Shown here: piece by piece, positions 35,640 through 44,565 of the stretch
Layout: every line of letters begins with the position of its first letter
Numbering within the stretch: position 1 is the stretch's first letter
Virus record (IMG/VR): IMGVR_UViG_3300002448_000161
Source: a virus
DNA: 64,000 bases
Strand: one strand, 5' to 3'
Program-made: the position numbers and the translations under genes
Notes under the pieces: generated by a model
Database searches by the model: none
What the model was told of the DNA's origin: nothing
Seen by the model: only the letters and a program-made list of their open reading frames with translations

Positions 35640-36478
35640 GTTTGCATCTCCTCGGGTGGTCCCTCCTGCTTTTCTCGGTAGTCTATGAGAAGTTTCAGAA
35701 TTCGGGCCATCTGCTTCTCAAGAACGGGTTCCCACGTTAAGCCCGCGTTGTGGGCCCGTCTCTGCAGCCGTTCTCCCTCTTTCCATTCCGCCGTGAGGCG
35801 CTGGACGTTTTCCCACGTCCACGGTCCGTTGTCGGCTAGTTCGAACCGGTTTTCAGTGTTCTTTCGGACGAATATGTTGTCGGGTATTGCCATGGCGTAC
35901 TCGACAACCTCGGTGAATCGCTGGAATCTGGTTCCCGTAAGGGCCCCTCTGATTTCCTGAAGCTTGAAGGGTTTTTGGGGTATATCCTCGATTATCTCTC
36001 CGAGGTTGTCTCCCATTTCGAGCTCCTCGCTGTGCATGGCGCGCAGGGTACCTGCGTAGCTTTCTTCTATGATCTCGCCTGCGAACTCGGTGACGTCGCC
36101 CAGGATGTACGCGTAGGAGAAGATGCTGTGCTGCCCCTGTGTCGTGTACATGGCGTGTTCGGGATGGACTCCCATTGGAGCTATCCGTATGTGTTCGAAG
36201 TATTCCATCGTGAACTCGTTGTCTTCGTCGGTACCGTCCTCCATTGACTCGTCGAGGATGGTTCCCAGCTCCAGCGGAAAGAATCGCCGGTAGAACCCGG
36301 CCGCCAGCGTATACATGGCGCCCTGGTTCCGTATGCTGCCTTCCAGGCCCGGGAGGAACTCCCGTATCAGGCGGGTAACCCGGTTATTTACCTTGGTGGC
36401 GCTTAGCGCCTCGGCCAGGTGGTCGATTCGAATTAACATGGGTTCAAGCTTTTGGCACAGGTCCTGGAGCTTCAGCAT
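35636..36478 (-). CDS. Hypothetical protein in the PRTRC protein F position
   Basis: Lies between Ubl and E2 with overlapping stop/start codons, at a similar size. Positional inference only. Confidence 0.55.
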   Translation of the reverse strand: MLKLQDLCQKLEPMLIRIDHLAEALSATKVNNRVTRLIREFLPGLEGSIRNQGAMYTLAAGFYRRFFPLELGTILDESMEDGTDEDNEFTMEYFEHIRIAPMGVHPEHAMYTTQGQHSIFSYAYILGDVTEFAGEIIEESYAGTLRAMHSEELEMGDNLGEIIEDIPQKPFKLQEIRGALTGTRFQRFTEVVEYAMAIPDNIFVRKNTENRFELADNGPWTWENVQRLTAEWKEGERLQRRAHNAGLTWEPVLEKQMARILKLLIDYREKQEGPPEEMQT

Positions 36479-36481
36479 TTG

Positions 36482-36877
36482 CTAACCTATGGTGTCGTTG
36501 ATCATGGAGGCGACGTGCTGAGCCGATTTCAGCAGCGCGTCCGCTTCTGCGCTTGCCTCGGCAAGCCGTCCCTGGTCCAGGGCGTCGTAGACGTCTTCTC
36601 CCGAGACGTCAATCTCGGCCAACATCTTCAGGATCTTTGGACGGCAGGGCTTCAACTCATCGAGCGTTGCGGCAATGACTTCGGTCCCGTTCAGGCCCTT
36701 TGTTCCCACCTTTACGGTGAATTCGTAGACGGTTTCCAGCCCTTGGCTCTTCTCGGCGACGGTTGCGTTGGCCAGTTCGGGCATGAATTCGGCTAGGTGG
36801 CTCTTGACCTCCTCAACGCTCATGTTGGGGTCCGGGTCCGGGTACTCTGTTCCGTTGTAAAGAAAGACTCTGTTCAT
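36482..36877 (-). CDS. Ubiquitin-like protein (PRTRC protein C-like) with C-terminal extension
   Basis: RVFLYNG..YPDPDP.MS.EEV......PEL.NAT...YEF..KVGTKG, followed by 70 more residues. Confidence 0.85.
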   Translation of the reverse strand: MNRVFLYNGTEYPDPDPNMSVEEVKSHLAEFMPELANATVAEKSQGLETVYEFTVKVGTKGLNGTEVIAATLDELKPCRPKILKMLAEIDVSGEDVYDALDQGRLAEASAEADALLKSAQHVASMINDTIG

Positions 36878-36978
36878 GCCTCTCTCCTTTGATGTGCAAG
36901 TGCCCGGGCCTTCACTGTAGGTCCGGGCATTGATTGTTCTTTTCGTAGTCCGCTGTTCTGTCCTGCGGCGGCGCTGAT

Positions 36979-38370
36979 TTAGCCTTCGGCGCTGCCGGCG
37001 GCCATTTGTTCCTTCTCCGCTTCCTCGAAGTCTTCACTGTTGGTGGGTTCGGAGAATGGGTCCTCCGGATTGGCGTTGCTCCTTTCGAATTCGTTCTCCT
37101 CGTCCGGTTCGACACTTGCGGCTGGCTCCGGGGACTCGTTAGTGTCTTCCACCTGGATGACGTCGTCGTCTTCGCCGGCCGTTGGCTGGCTTGGCGCAGG
37201 ACCGTTTGCGGTTACCATAATTGGTCCCTCGTCCGGCCAGCTCGTGAACATGGGCATGATGACCCTGTGGTAATGTTCACTTCCCGGTATTCCTATGACG
37301 ACCGGCGTGTCCGTGCGGTCTATTCGGATTTCCACGTCGTCGCCGGCGACGTCTCCTATTTCCAGCATGTAGTCGCCGTTCAGGGCAACCTTGGCGTTGT
37401 CGCCCTCGTATTCCTTCACCCGGAAGGTGATCGAGGTCTCGCCTATCTGGTCTGAGCGGCCGGTCAACTGACCTACACCCGGGTCGGCCAGGCCTTCGGT
37501 CTTCTGCGTTCTCATTCGGATAATTTTGCTGTCGTCCTTGGCAAACAGGGCGGCGGTCTTCGCGGCCCGGTTGAAGTCCTTGGTGGCCACCACCATTCGG
37601 GCGCTGTAGGTTGTAGGTATCAGCTTTTCGGTGTTGGGAAAGGCTTGGTCAATGAGCTGGGTGAAGATCTTCAATCTTCCGATCATGAAGAGCGCCTGGT
37701 GCCGTTCGGGAACCATCAGGAAGCGCACCGGTTCGGTGGCGCCCTGGGCGTTCCGGATTATCTCGTGGATGGTGTTGGCTTTGATGATCACGTCCAGGTC
37801 TTCGGCCGGAGGTTCCAGCAGGTCGCCCTGGTCCACTGCCAGCTGGAACCCGTCGGCGGCTGCCACCTTGAAGGCGGGGCCGCTGGTCCTGATGTTGACT
37901 CCGGTCAGTGCCGGTCGGCTTTCTTCCTTGGCGGTGGCGCCTACGACCCGGTTGAGTGCTCTGCCGAATTCCTCGGCCTCTACGCTGCCGGCGATTCCCT
38001 CGTTGACCGTGGGCCGCGGGGGATAGTCCTCGGGGTTGGCTCCGTGGATCGTGGCGGTGTGGCCGCCGGCAGTGAAGATGGTGTATGCCTTTTCCTCTGG
38101 CGAGTCCAGGTTGATCGTCTCCTCTGCTATGGTTCCAATGTATTCGGCGAACAGCCGGTTGGGCAGGGTCACGCTGCCCTCCCGGTCGATGACCGCTGGA
38201 ATTCTTGTCATGATCGTGGTTTCCAGGTTGGTGCCGGTGAGGAGTATCTGGTTGTCCTGGGCCTCCAGCAATATGTTGTCGCAGATTGGCAGCGTGTTGC
38301 GGTTGTTTATGGCGCGCCGGACCGTGGCGACTCCCTGGCGCAGGTTGTCTTTGGAGCAGGTAAGCTTCAT
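36979..38370 (-). CDS. dnaN: DNA polymerase III beta sliding clamp with acidic tail
   Basis: MKLTCSK..L, LPICDNILL, TGTNLE, SRPALTGV, AAADGFQL, FPNTEKLIP and VIMPM. Confidence 0.93.
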   Translation of the reverse strand: MKLTCSKDNLRQGVATVRRAINNRNTLPICDNILLEAQDNQILLTGTNLETTIMTRIPAVIDREGSVTLPNRLFAEYIGTIAEETINLDSPEEKAYTIFTAGGHTATIHGANPEDYPPRPTVNEGIAGSVEAEEFGRALNRVVGATAKEESRPALTGVNIRTSGPAFKVAAADGFQLAVDQGDLLEPPAEDLDVIIKANTIHEIIRNAQGATEPVRFLMVPERHQALFMIGRLKIFTQLIDQAFPNTEKLIPTTYSARMVVATKDFNRAAKTAALFAKDDSKIIRMRTQKTEGLADPGVGQLTGRSDQIGETSITFRVKEYEGDNAKVALNGDYMLEIGDVAGDDVEIRIDRTDTPVVIGIPGSEHYHRVIMPMFTSWPDEGPIMVTANGPAPSQPTAGEDDDVIQVEDTNESPEPAASVEPDEENEFERSNANPEDPFSEPTNSEDFEEAEKEQMAAGSAEG

Positions 38371-38401
38371 GTTTCTCTCCTTTCGGTTTTAATTGGCATC
38401 C

Positions 38402-38430
38402 AAAAAACGGGCGCCTGTTCAGCGCCCGTT
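38402..38430 (-). terminator. Intrinsic terminator-like hairpin about 30 nt upstream of dnaN
   Basis: Minus strand AACGGGCGC-tgaacag-GCGCCCGTT followed by a U-tract. Confidence 0.7.
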
Positions 38431-38460
38431 ATCTTCCCCGTCTTGTCCCGGCTGTCCGGG

Positions 38461-38979
38461 TCATTGGTGCCCCGTGAGTATTTTTGTGCGGCGGTACTCG
38501 CCGCCCTCTGCTTGCTCGTAGAGGGCGAAGGTATTCGCCGGGATTCCGGCCGTCCCGTTGATCGCGGGTATGTGGACTCTGTGACTGTCCGGAGGGCATT
38601 GCTTTTCCTTTATCCACTCCCTGTTAGCCGTTGACGGCATGTGGCTCAGTCCTCCTGGTCCCACCTCCGGCGGCGTGTTGCCCTGGCACGTTGGACACTG
38701 GTCCCAGGTGGCGCCGCAGTTTGTGCAGGCCATTGCTGTCGCCTGGCTTTTTGTGCCGGCTTCAGCTTTGATTATTGCCCAGCTGTGGCGGCAAGTGGCC
38801 GCTAACGCCCCTGAGAGCCCGATTGCGGGATTTCGGGTGTTGGGAGACCTGAAGGGTCTCTTTTTCTTCCCTTTTTGTGGCGGCTTGGCTTCATTGTCGA
38901 ACAGGCTCAGTATGAGGTTGCCTCCCTCGCGGGTCTGCGCGCCCTTTTGTGGTTTCGTACCGGCGCCGGTCCTGGTCAT
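38461..38979 (-). CDS. Hypothetical Zn-finger-like protein
   Basis: CRH..CTNC..CPTC pattern. Confidence 0.45.
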   Translation of the reverse strand: MTRTGAGTKPQKGAQTREGGNLILSLFDNEAKPPQKGKKKRPFRSPNTRNPAIGLSGALAATCRHSWAIIKAEAGTKSQATAMACTNCGATWDQCPTCQGNTPPEVGPGGLSHMPSTANREWIKEKQCPPDSHRVHIPAINGTAGIPANTFALYEQAEGGEYRRTKILTGHQ

Positions 38980-39193
38980 GGGACCCTCTTGAGGGTCTCC
39001 CGGTTTACATAAAGGGTATTATGCGAACCAACCTTGGGGCCGGCTTGTTTTCGGTGATTCAGGGGAGCTGCCGGGGATTCTCTGGCCAGTTAGGGACTAG
39101 GTGAATGGGGTTTAGTGGACTTCCATCTTACCCGGCGGTCCCACCTCTTGTCTTTTGTCTACCGTACGGGTTTTGACCGGTTTTCCAGTGTTG

Positions 39194-39604
39194 TTATTCC
39201 GGTCCCTCCGGCTGGTATTCGCCCTCGGGAAAGGCCTCCCACGCCTCGGTGTAGCTCCGTAGGATAATCTGCAGCCTCATGATCTCCCTGGCGAGGGTTT
39301 CGATGACCATGTAGCGTGGTAGCGCTATCTTCTGTTCCGTCGGGTTCAGCGAATTGTAGGCCTCCTGCCCTATCAGGTTCTCCACGTAGCTTTTAATGTT
39401 GTCCCGGTTGCTCCGGCCGAAGTAGTCGGTGAGGATCTGGTTATGGTCCTCCTCCCCGCAGGTCTCAATGAAGGCGACCTGCAGGTTTTGCTGGGCTTGG
39501 GCCAGGTCGTCGCTGTCGCTGTGGTGACACAGGAGGAGCGACGGCATGATCGTTTCCAGTTCCGGGGATTTCAGGCAGAAGCATTCTCCGTAGGGTGATT
39601 TCAT
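39194..39604 (-). CDS. Hypothetical protein
   Basis: Abuts the upstream ORF. Confidence 0.55.
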   Translation of the reverse strand: MKSPYGECFCLKSPELETIMPSLLLCHHSDSDDLAQAQQNLQVAFIETCGEEDHNQILTDYFGRSNRDNIKSYVENLIGQEAYNSLNPTEQKIALPRYMVIETLAREIMRLQIILRSYTEAWEAFPEGEYQPEGPE

Positions 39605-39990
39605 TACTTGCTCCCGCAGGTCTCCTGCTGCAGCTCCTTGATGGCTTGGCTCAGTTTGCGGCCCTCGTCTACCGCCTCGGTGACTCTCAGGTTGATTGAC
39701 GATGAGCCTGGGAACTTGGGCGTGCGGTCCAGCTGGGCCTGCCAGGCCTCCTCGAGGTCCTTGACTTGGATGTCGATGAGGTACTGGTTTTCATTTACCC
39801 GGGCGATCTCACCGGTCTGGTTGTCAACTTCTACCAGCTGGTTGACGAGGTTCACCGCGGTGCTCAGTTCGGTCATGGTCCTGCGGTTGTTGTCGACCAG
39901 TGCTTTGCAGCTGATTATTGCCATGTGGAGCATGGCACCGTGGAACCTGATCCTCATGGGCAGGTCCATTTTTGTGGTCTTTATGTCCAT
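39604..39990 (-). CDS. Hypothetical helical protein
   Basis: GGAGG RBS before the ATG. Confidence 0.6.
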   Translation of the reverse strand: MDIKTTKMDLPMRIRFHGAMLHMAIISCKALVDNNRRTMTELSTAVNLVNQLVEVDNQTGEIARVNENQYLIDIQVKDLEEAWQAQLDRTPKFPGSSSINLRVTEAVDEGRKLSQAIKELQQETCGSK

Positions 39991-40066
39991 CTCTCCTCCC
40001 CTCCATTTGGGGTATTTTACACTGTTATGAAAGGCGCATGTCTTTCGTTTCGTTGTACTCTGTTTC

Positions 40067-40750
40067 TTGAGAGGTGCGCTCTTGGATTATAAGAAGATCG
40101 CGATTGCCGTTTGTATCGTCGCCGCCTTGGTGGGCGTTGGGTGGGCAGCCTTTGGGCTGATTTTTGGCGGCGACGCCGAGCTTGGTCTTATTGACTTCGG
40201 TGACGATCCTGTCGAGGAGTACGATTACTCATCTTCAGCTTCCAATGTGGCGTCTGAGTTGGACGCCTTTTATGAGATTCCTGACCAGGTCCTAATCGAG
40301 GTTGATTACATGTTTGCCCATCAGATTTACCTTGCTTTGTTGGTTCGTTTGAACCAGGACCTGCTGACTCTCACCTCCTATAAGTCGGAGTCCGAGGTTG
40401 ATCTTGACTGGGTAATTGACGTCCACGACGCCACCTTGGAGGCTGAGGAGGTCTTTGCCCTTTTGGCGGACGTGCCTCTGCCTGGGACCAACCGTGAGCA
40501 GTATTTGCGTTACAAGCTTGGCATGCTTGAGTCTCTGCAGATCTCCGCTGAAGGGGCTACCCGTTTGCTGGCCGCGTCCATTCTCATCGGCCCGTCGGGC
40601 CGCGGCCTTCCGAATCTCTCGGTGGACGAGCGGGTTCAGTTTGATGGTCTGCTCAGGCAGGCGGCCTTCTATTTTGACCAGGCGGATACTTATCTTGAGG
40701 AAGAGCAGGAGGTTGTTTCTTCTGCGGTTTCCACCATATCTTTGAGGTAG
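40067..40750 (+). CDS. Membrane-anchored acidic helical protein
   Basis: N-terminal TM segment. First gene of a 4-gene overlapping operon. Confidence 0.65.
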   Translation: MRGALLDYKKIAIAVCIVAALVGVGWAAFGLIFGGDAELGLIDFGDDPVEEYDYSSSASNVASELDAFYEIPDQVLIEVDYMFAHQIYLALLVRLNQDLLTLTSYKSESEVDLDWVIDVHDATLEAEEVFALLADVPLPGTNREQYLRYKLGMLESLQISAEGATRLLAASILIGPSGRGLPNLSVDERVQFDGLLRQAAFYFDQADTYLEEEQEVVSSAVSTISLR

Positions 40751-40756
40751 TCACGC

Positions 40757-41569
40757 ATGCTTGATTCGGTTAAATCTGTGGTTCCTTCTGACCTGCTTCG
40801 CAACCGGCGTGTCCTTCTCGCTCTGGCTGGATGCTTTGGGTTGGTGTTCCTGGTCAGCATCTTCTGCGCAGTTACCGGCGGGGATTCGGGCGAGGCGGCC
40901 GACGGAGAGGAAGCTCCCGTTGTGATGCTTCCCGAGACGGATGTACGCCGATTCGTCGAGGCAACCATTGTGGCGTACATTCCGACCCCGATTCCCACCG
41001 CCACGCCTAATGTGCCCGCCACTATTTCGGCCGATTTGGCTGCCCAGCGGGTTACTGCCGAGCGTGTCGTTTCCGTCAATCCCCTGGCTTTGGATTCCAG
41101 CCGGAATCCTTTTTTGACTGTTCCTGAGATGGAACATCTCAACTCCATGGGCCCTTCTATCTGGCTGAATGTCCGTCTCTGGCTGGTTCTCCGGGATCTG
41201 CTGGTCCAGCCGGGGTTAATTTGGGAGCGTGACGACCTTCTGGATGTCTCTCTGAATTTGCAGGAGCTGATGGATGAGCAGGAGCGGTTTCGGTTGGACC
41301 GGCTCAGCACCGACGTTGGCGATACGGTTCGGGCCTACACTACTGAGTACGAATCGGTCGTGGCTGATCTACACCGTGGGGCTACCGGAGTGCTGCGCAT
41401 GCGGGCTCTGACCGCTTCTCTTGACGGTCGTCAGCTCGATCCGGAGGAGCTGGATAATCTTCTTGGTTATCAGACCGATGTCAACCAGGGCGTTCGTGTC
41501 TTCCATGAGTTTATGTCCAATTACGGATGCTCCATCTGTGGTGAGCTATTCCGGACCGTCGAGCCGTGA
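40757..41569 (+). CDS. Membrane-anchored protein with PTPIPTATP linker
   Basis: TM helix, Pro/Thr linker and a C-terminal CSIC. Confidence 0.65.
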   Translation: MLDSVKSVVPSDLLRNRRVLLALAGCFGLVFLVSIFCAVTGGDSGEAADGEEAPVVMLPETDVRRFVEATIVAYIPTPIPTATPNVPATISADLAAQRVTAERVVSVNPLALDSSRNPFLTVPEMEHLNSMGPSIWLNVRLWLVLRDLLVQPGLIWERDDLLDVSLNLQELMDEQERFRLDRLSTDVGDTVRAYTTEYESVVADLHRGATGVLRMRALTASLDGRQLDPEELDNLLGYQTDVNQGVRVFHEFMSNYGCSICGELFRTVEP

Positions 41570-42600
41570 CCTTGTTCGGCCGGCGGCTTGACGGTTCACC
41601 GTCCGATTCTGTACCGGATATCCTTTCGACGGAACGGCGCCGGTTCTGGCGGCGGACTGCCCTTGGGCGTCTCCTTTACTCTCGCTGGTCCTTCACCGGT
41701 GTGGTTATGGCAATCTTCGCCCTATTGCTTATTCCGCTTTGGCTTGGGGGCGGTTCCGAAGCTTCGCCCTCTTATTCTCCCGCGGAGCCGGTGTCTGATT
41801 CGGGCCGTGCTCTCAATCCCTCTGAGGTAAGGGTCGCTTCCTATTTTGGCTCCCCGGTGGCCTTGGGAGATACGGGCCGGCCCGTCGTTCGGCATGCCGT
41901 TACGGGCGAGGTTCGCGAGCTGACTGATTTTGAGCTGGCGTGGGATAGCGGCGCTGTTTCTCGTTTTACTGATGTTGAGAACATCGTGGAGGCCCCGGGC
42001 CCGCGGGGCCACGGCGTTTGGTGGCGCGACCAGGCTTCCCGCCGGGAGGCTATGAGCTTCCACGCCTTCGGTCGTCACGATTGGCGCGCCCGAGAGCAGG
42101 AGGAGCTGTCGTTTATGGCCGACACTCTTTTTGAGGCTTATGACGTCTTGTGGGCGTGGCATGGGGGTCCGGTCGCGGTCTCTTTCTCTGACCGCCTGGC
42201 CCAGGTTCTTGATCCTCTGCAGCAGCGGTATCCTTTCGTGCGGCGCGACAGCGCCTGGCCGCAGGTCCCTGGCCGCTGGCGATGCGATATTGTTACTGAG
42301 ACTCAGCTGTCCCAGGGCGTTACGCCCGGGTGTCCTACTCCGGCGTACCTGGCTTTATTGGAGGAATCCTGGTCGTCGATGGGTCTCCTGCTGGCTGATA
42401 TATACGAAGCACGGCTGATTCTCGATGCCATGGACCCTCTCGATTCTCATGCGCTTGCCGGGTCGGGATTTCTTCCCCAGTACCGGCTTGCTCTTCTGGA
42501 CGTTGCCCGCTCCAGGGATCGTGTCCAGGCTGTCCTGAAGGGCCTGTGGGCCCGTTCCTTAGCTGAGGATCTTGTCATCTTCGTGGAGACGTCGCCATGA
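41566..42600 (+). CDS. Membrane-anchored hypothetical protein
   Basis: One TM segment. GTGA/ATGA overlaps at both ends. Confidence 0.65.
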   Translation: MTLFGRRLDGSPSDSVPDILSTERRRFWRRTALGRLLYSRWSFTGVVMAIFALLLIPLWLGGGSEASPSYSPAEPVSDSGRALNPSEVRVASYFGSPVALGDTGRPVVRHAVTGEVRELTDFELAWDSGAVSRFTDVENIVEAPGPRGHGVWWRDQASRREAMSFHAFGRHDWRAREQEELSFMADTLFEAYDVLWAWHGGPVAVSFSDRLAQVLDPLQQRYPFVRRDSAWPQVPGRWRCDIVTETQLSQGVTPGCPTPAYLALLEESWSSMGLLLADIYEARLILDAMDPLDSHALAGSGFLPQYRLALLDVARSRDRVQAVLKGLWARSLAEDLVIFVETSP

Positions 42601-43400
42601 TTCAGCGAATTCTTTTAGCCACCTTTTTGCTGTCTGTTTCCGCCTTTCTGGTGGCCTGTGGCTCCGCGGACGAGGTGGAACCTGTTCTTGGTGGAGACAC
42701 CGCTGATGTCGCTGACTCTTCTCCTCTTTTGGAGGAGGACCTTATTGACGCGGGTCGTCTGGCCCAGCTGCAGTTAGATGAGCTGGGGCGGGTCCGCGAG
42801 CAGCATGCCTCTTTGATTCGTTCTATTCCCACGCCCACTTCGGAGCCTGGTCCTTCCGGCTCATCGGAGGTCGCTGAGGAGGCTGTCAGCCGTGTGGTTG
42901 CCTGGTCCGATGGCTTCCCTGTCCCTCCGCCTGCGGACGAATTCTGGTTCGACCCGGCCGAGGGCTTAACTTTCCTCAGACTTGACGGTGGGGATTGGAC
43001 GTCGCGGAGCTTGCGGGCTTCGCACAGCCACCGGCACCTTTTTTACCGTTCTGACTCTCCGGAGGGGATCGTCTCCTTTGCTGACGGCAGCTTGCAGCGC
43101 GCTATCGCTTCTCGTTTAGCCTTCGGCGCCGCTGAATTCATGCCCATCTTGGGCAGCCCAACACCCCAGGTTATTGAGCTCTTTTCTCGCCGGTTCGGCT
43201 GGGAGATCCGCCACGCCGACGGTCCAGTGGTCAATGTCTGGACCGTCTATGACTTTCATGACGGTGACGCCGTCCAGACTTTTGCCGTGGGCGGCGTAAT
43301 GGTCCTCCAGGTTAAGACCACTTCCCGCACCGGTTCCGTGGTCCATTACCTGGCCCCTGGTCATTGGCTTGGCTCTGTTGTGGTGGAGCGCTTGCGCTGA
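42597..43400 (+). CDS. Lipoprotein
   Basis: Lipobox LVA-C and a PTPT linker. Confidence 0.7.
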   Translation: MIQRILLATFLLSVSAFLVACGSADEVEPVLGGDTADVADSSPLLEEDLIDAGRLAQLQLDELGRVREQHASLIRSIPTPTSEPGPSGSSEVAEEAVSRVVAWSDGFPVPPPADEFWFDPAEGLTFLRLDGGDWTSRSLRASHSHRHLFYRSDSPEGIVSFADGSLQRAIASRLAFGAAEFMPILGSPTPQVIELFSRRFGWEIRHADGPVVNVWTVYDFHDGDAVQTFAVGGVMVLQVKTTSRTGSVVHYLAPGHWLGSVVVERLR

Positions 43401-43403
43401 GCC

Positions 43404-44486
43404 TCATCTCTGTTGGTCCAGGGCCACGGCTACTATGTATCGGCCTCCTATGTTCACCCCGTTGGGGCTGCACCCGTCTGCTTCCTGCTGCCAGTCCTTC
43501 CACGTCCCGTTCTGCCACTCGCTAACGAAGAGTATGATTTTAGAGCAGTCCACGTGGGCCGGCAGCCTTGGCTTGTAGTGTATTCCCTGGCCGTTGGCCG
43601 TGTTCAGCGTTGTTTCCTTCTCGCTGTTTGGCTCGTAGAACCGGACGTCGGTGTAGTGGCTTGCCCGATATACCTCGGAGGGGAACATGTGGGGCACGTA
43701 GCCGGGGATTATCCCTCTGCCTTCGTCGGCTCCTTCCAGGCGCTTGAACCCTACGACTTTTCCGGTGTCATTGGAGTCCAGGTTGAACACGAAGGCCTGG
43801 CCGTGGGATGCCAGCGGCAACCCGTTCGGGTAGGGTTGCAGGACCCATTCTAGTTCCGTTTGGCTGCGGTTGATTGCCGTCTGCTGAAAGGGCTGGAATC
43901 TCACGTCGGGCGCCGGCCATTTCTCGACCGCTGCCGTGTAGGCTTCGGTGTGCTCCCTTACTGCGGCTTTCAGCTCGTCGACGGTATCGCGGTAGATTGT
44001 TTCTTCCTGTTCGATTTTTACCTGTACCAGCTCAGCGATCTGGCTTTCCAGTTCCGTTATGTACTGGTGGGTCAGGTTACTGAGCTCGATCTCGATCTCG
44101 TTGAGCAGCTCCTCTTTCTCCGTGGACTGCCTGGAGTCGATCTCGTCGACGTCCCTGCGCAGGTCCTGCAGCGCGGCGTCCAGGTCGCTGATGTCGAACT
44201 GGATGGTTGCCAGGGCAGTTTCTATGCGGGCGAAGGTGTCGGTGCCGCTCGCCGTGGGTTCCGTTGGGGCGGCGCTCGGCGCCGGCTCAGGCTCTGGCGG
44301 AGGCTGGGTTGGGATTGGTGTCGCCAGTGGCGGGAGGCTGTTCTCGGCCGCTGCCGCCGGCAACGGCTCGCTGAAGTCGACTAGCAGGTCCTGGTTGTTT
44401 TCGTCTTCGGCGCCGCACGCGGCGAGTGTTGCGGTTAGCAGCAGGGTGATCGTGAGGGTTCTTAGAAGTTTTTTCAATTGCTCCAC
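43404..44486 (-). CDS. Lipoprotein with long coiled coil and beta-rich C-domain
   Basis: Lipobox LAA-C, Pro linker and heptad repeats. Confidence 0.7.
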   Translation of the reverse strand: MEQLKKLLRTLTITLLLTATLAACGAEDENNQDLLVDFSEPLPAAAAENSLPPLATPIPTQPPPEPEPAPSAAPTEPTASGTDTFARIETALATIQFDISDLDAALQDLRRDVDEIDSRQSTEKEELLNEIEIELSNLTHQYITELESQIAELVQVKIEQEETIYRDTVDELKAAVREHTEAYTAAVEKWPAPDVRFQPFQQTAINRSQTELEWVLQPYPNGLPLASHGQAFVFNLDSNDTGKVVGFKRLEGADEGRGIIPGYVPHMFPSEVYRASHYTDVRFYEPNSEKETTLNTANGQGIHYKPRLPAHVDCSKIILFVSEWQNGTWKDWQQEADGCSPNGVNIGGRYIVAVALDQQR

Positions 44487-44565
44487 CTCAGTAATGTTCG
44501 TCCAGGGCCCGGGGACGGGCCCTGGCCTTTATTTTATGTGGTGGAGCCGCCTTCCCGCCTTTCGT

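Noticed and set aside
44502-44532. Hairpin CCAGGGCCC-ggggac-GGGCCCTGG with a T-rich 3' side
   Set aside because: The T-tract is on the + strand while both flanking genes are on the - strand, so its function is unclear and it was not called as a terminator.
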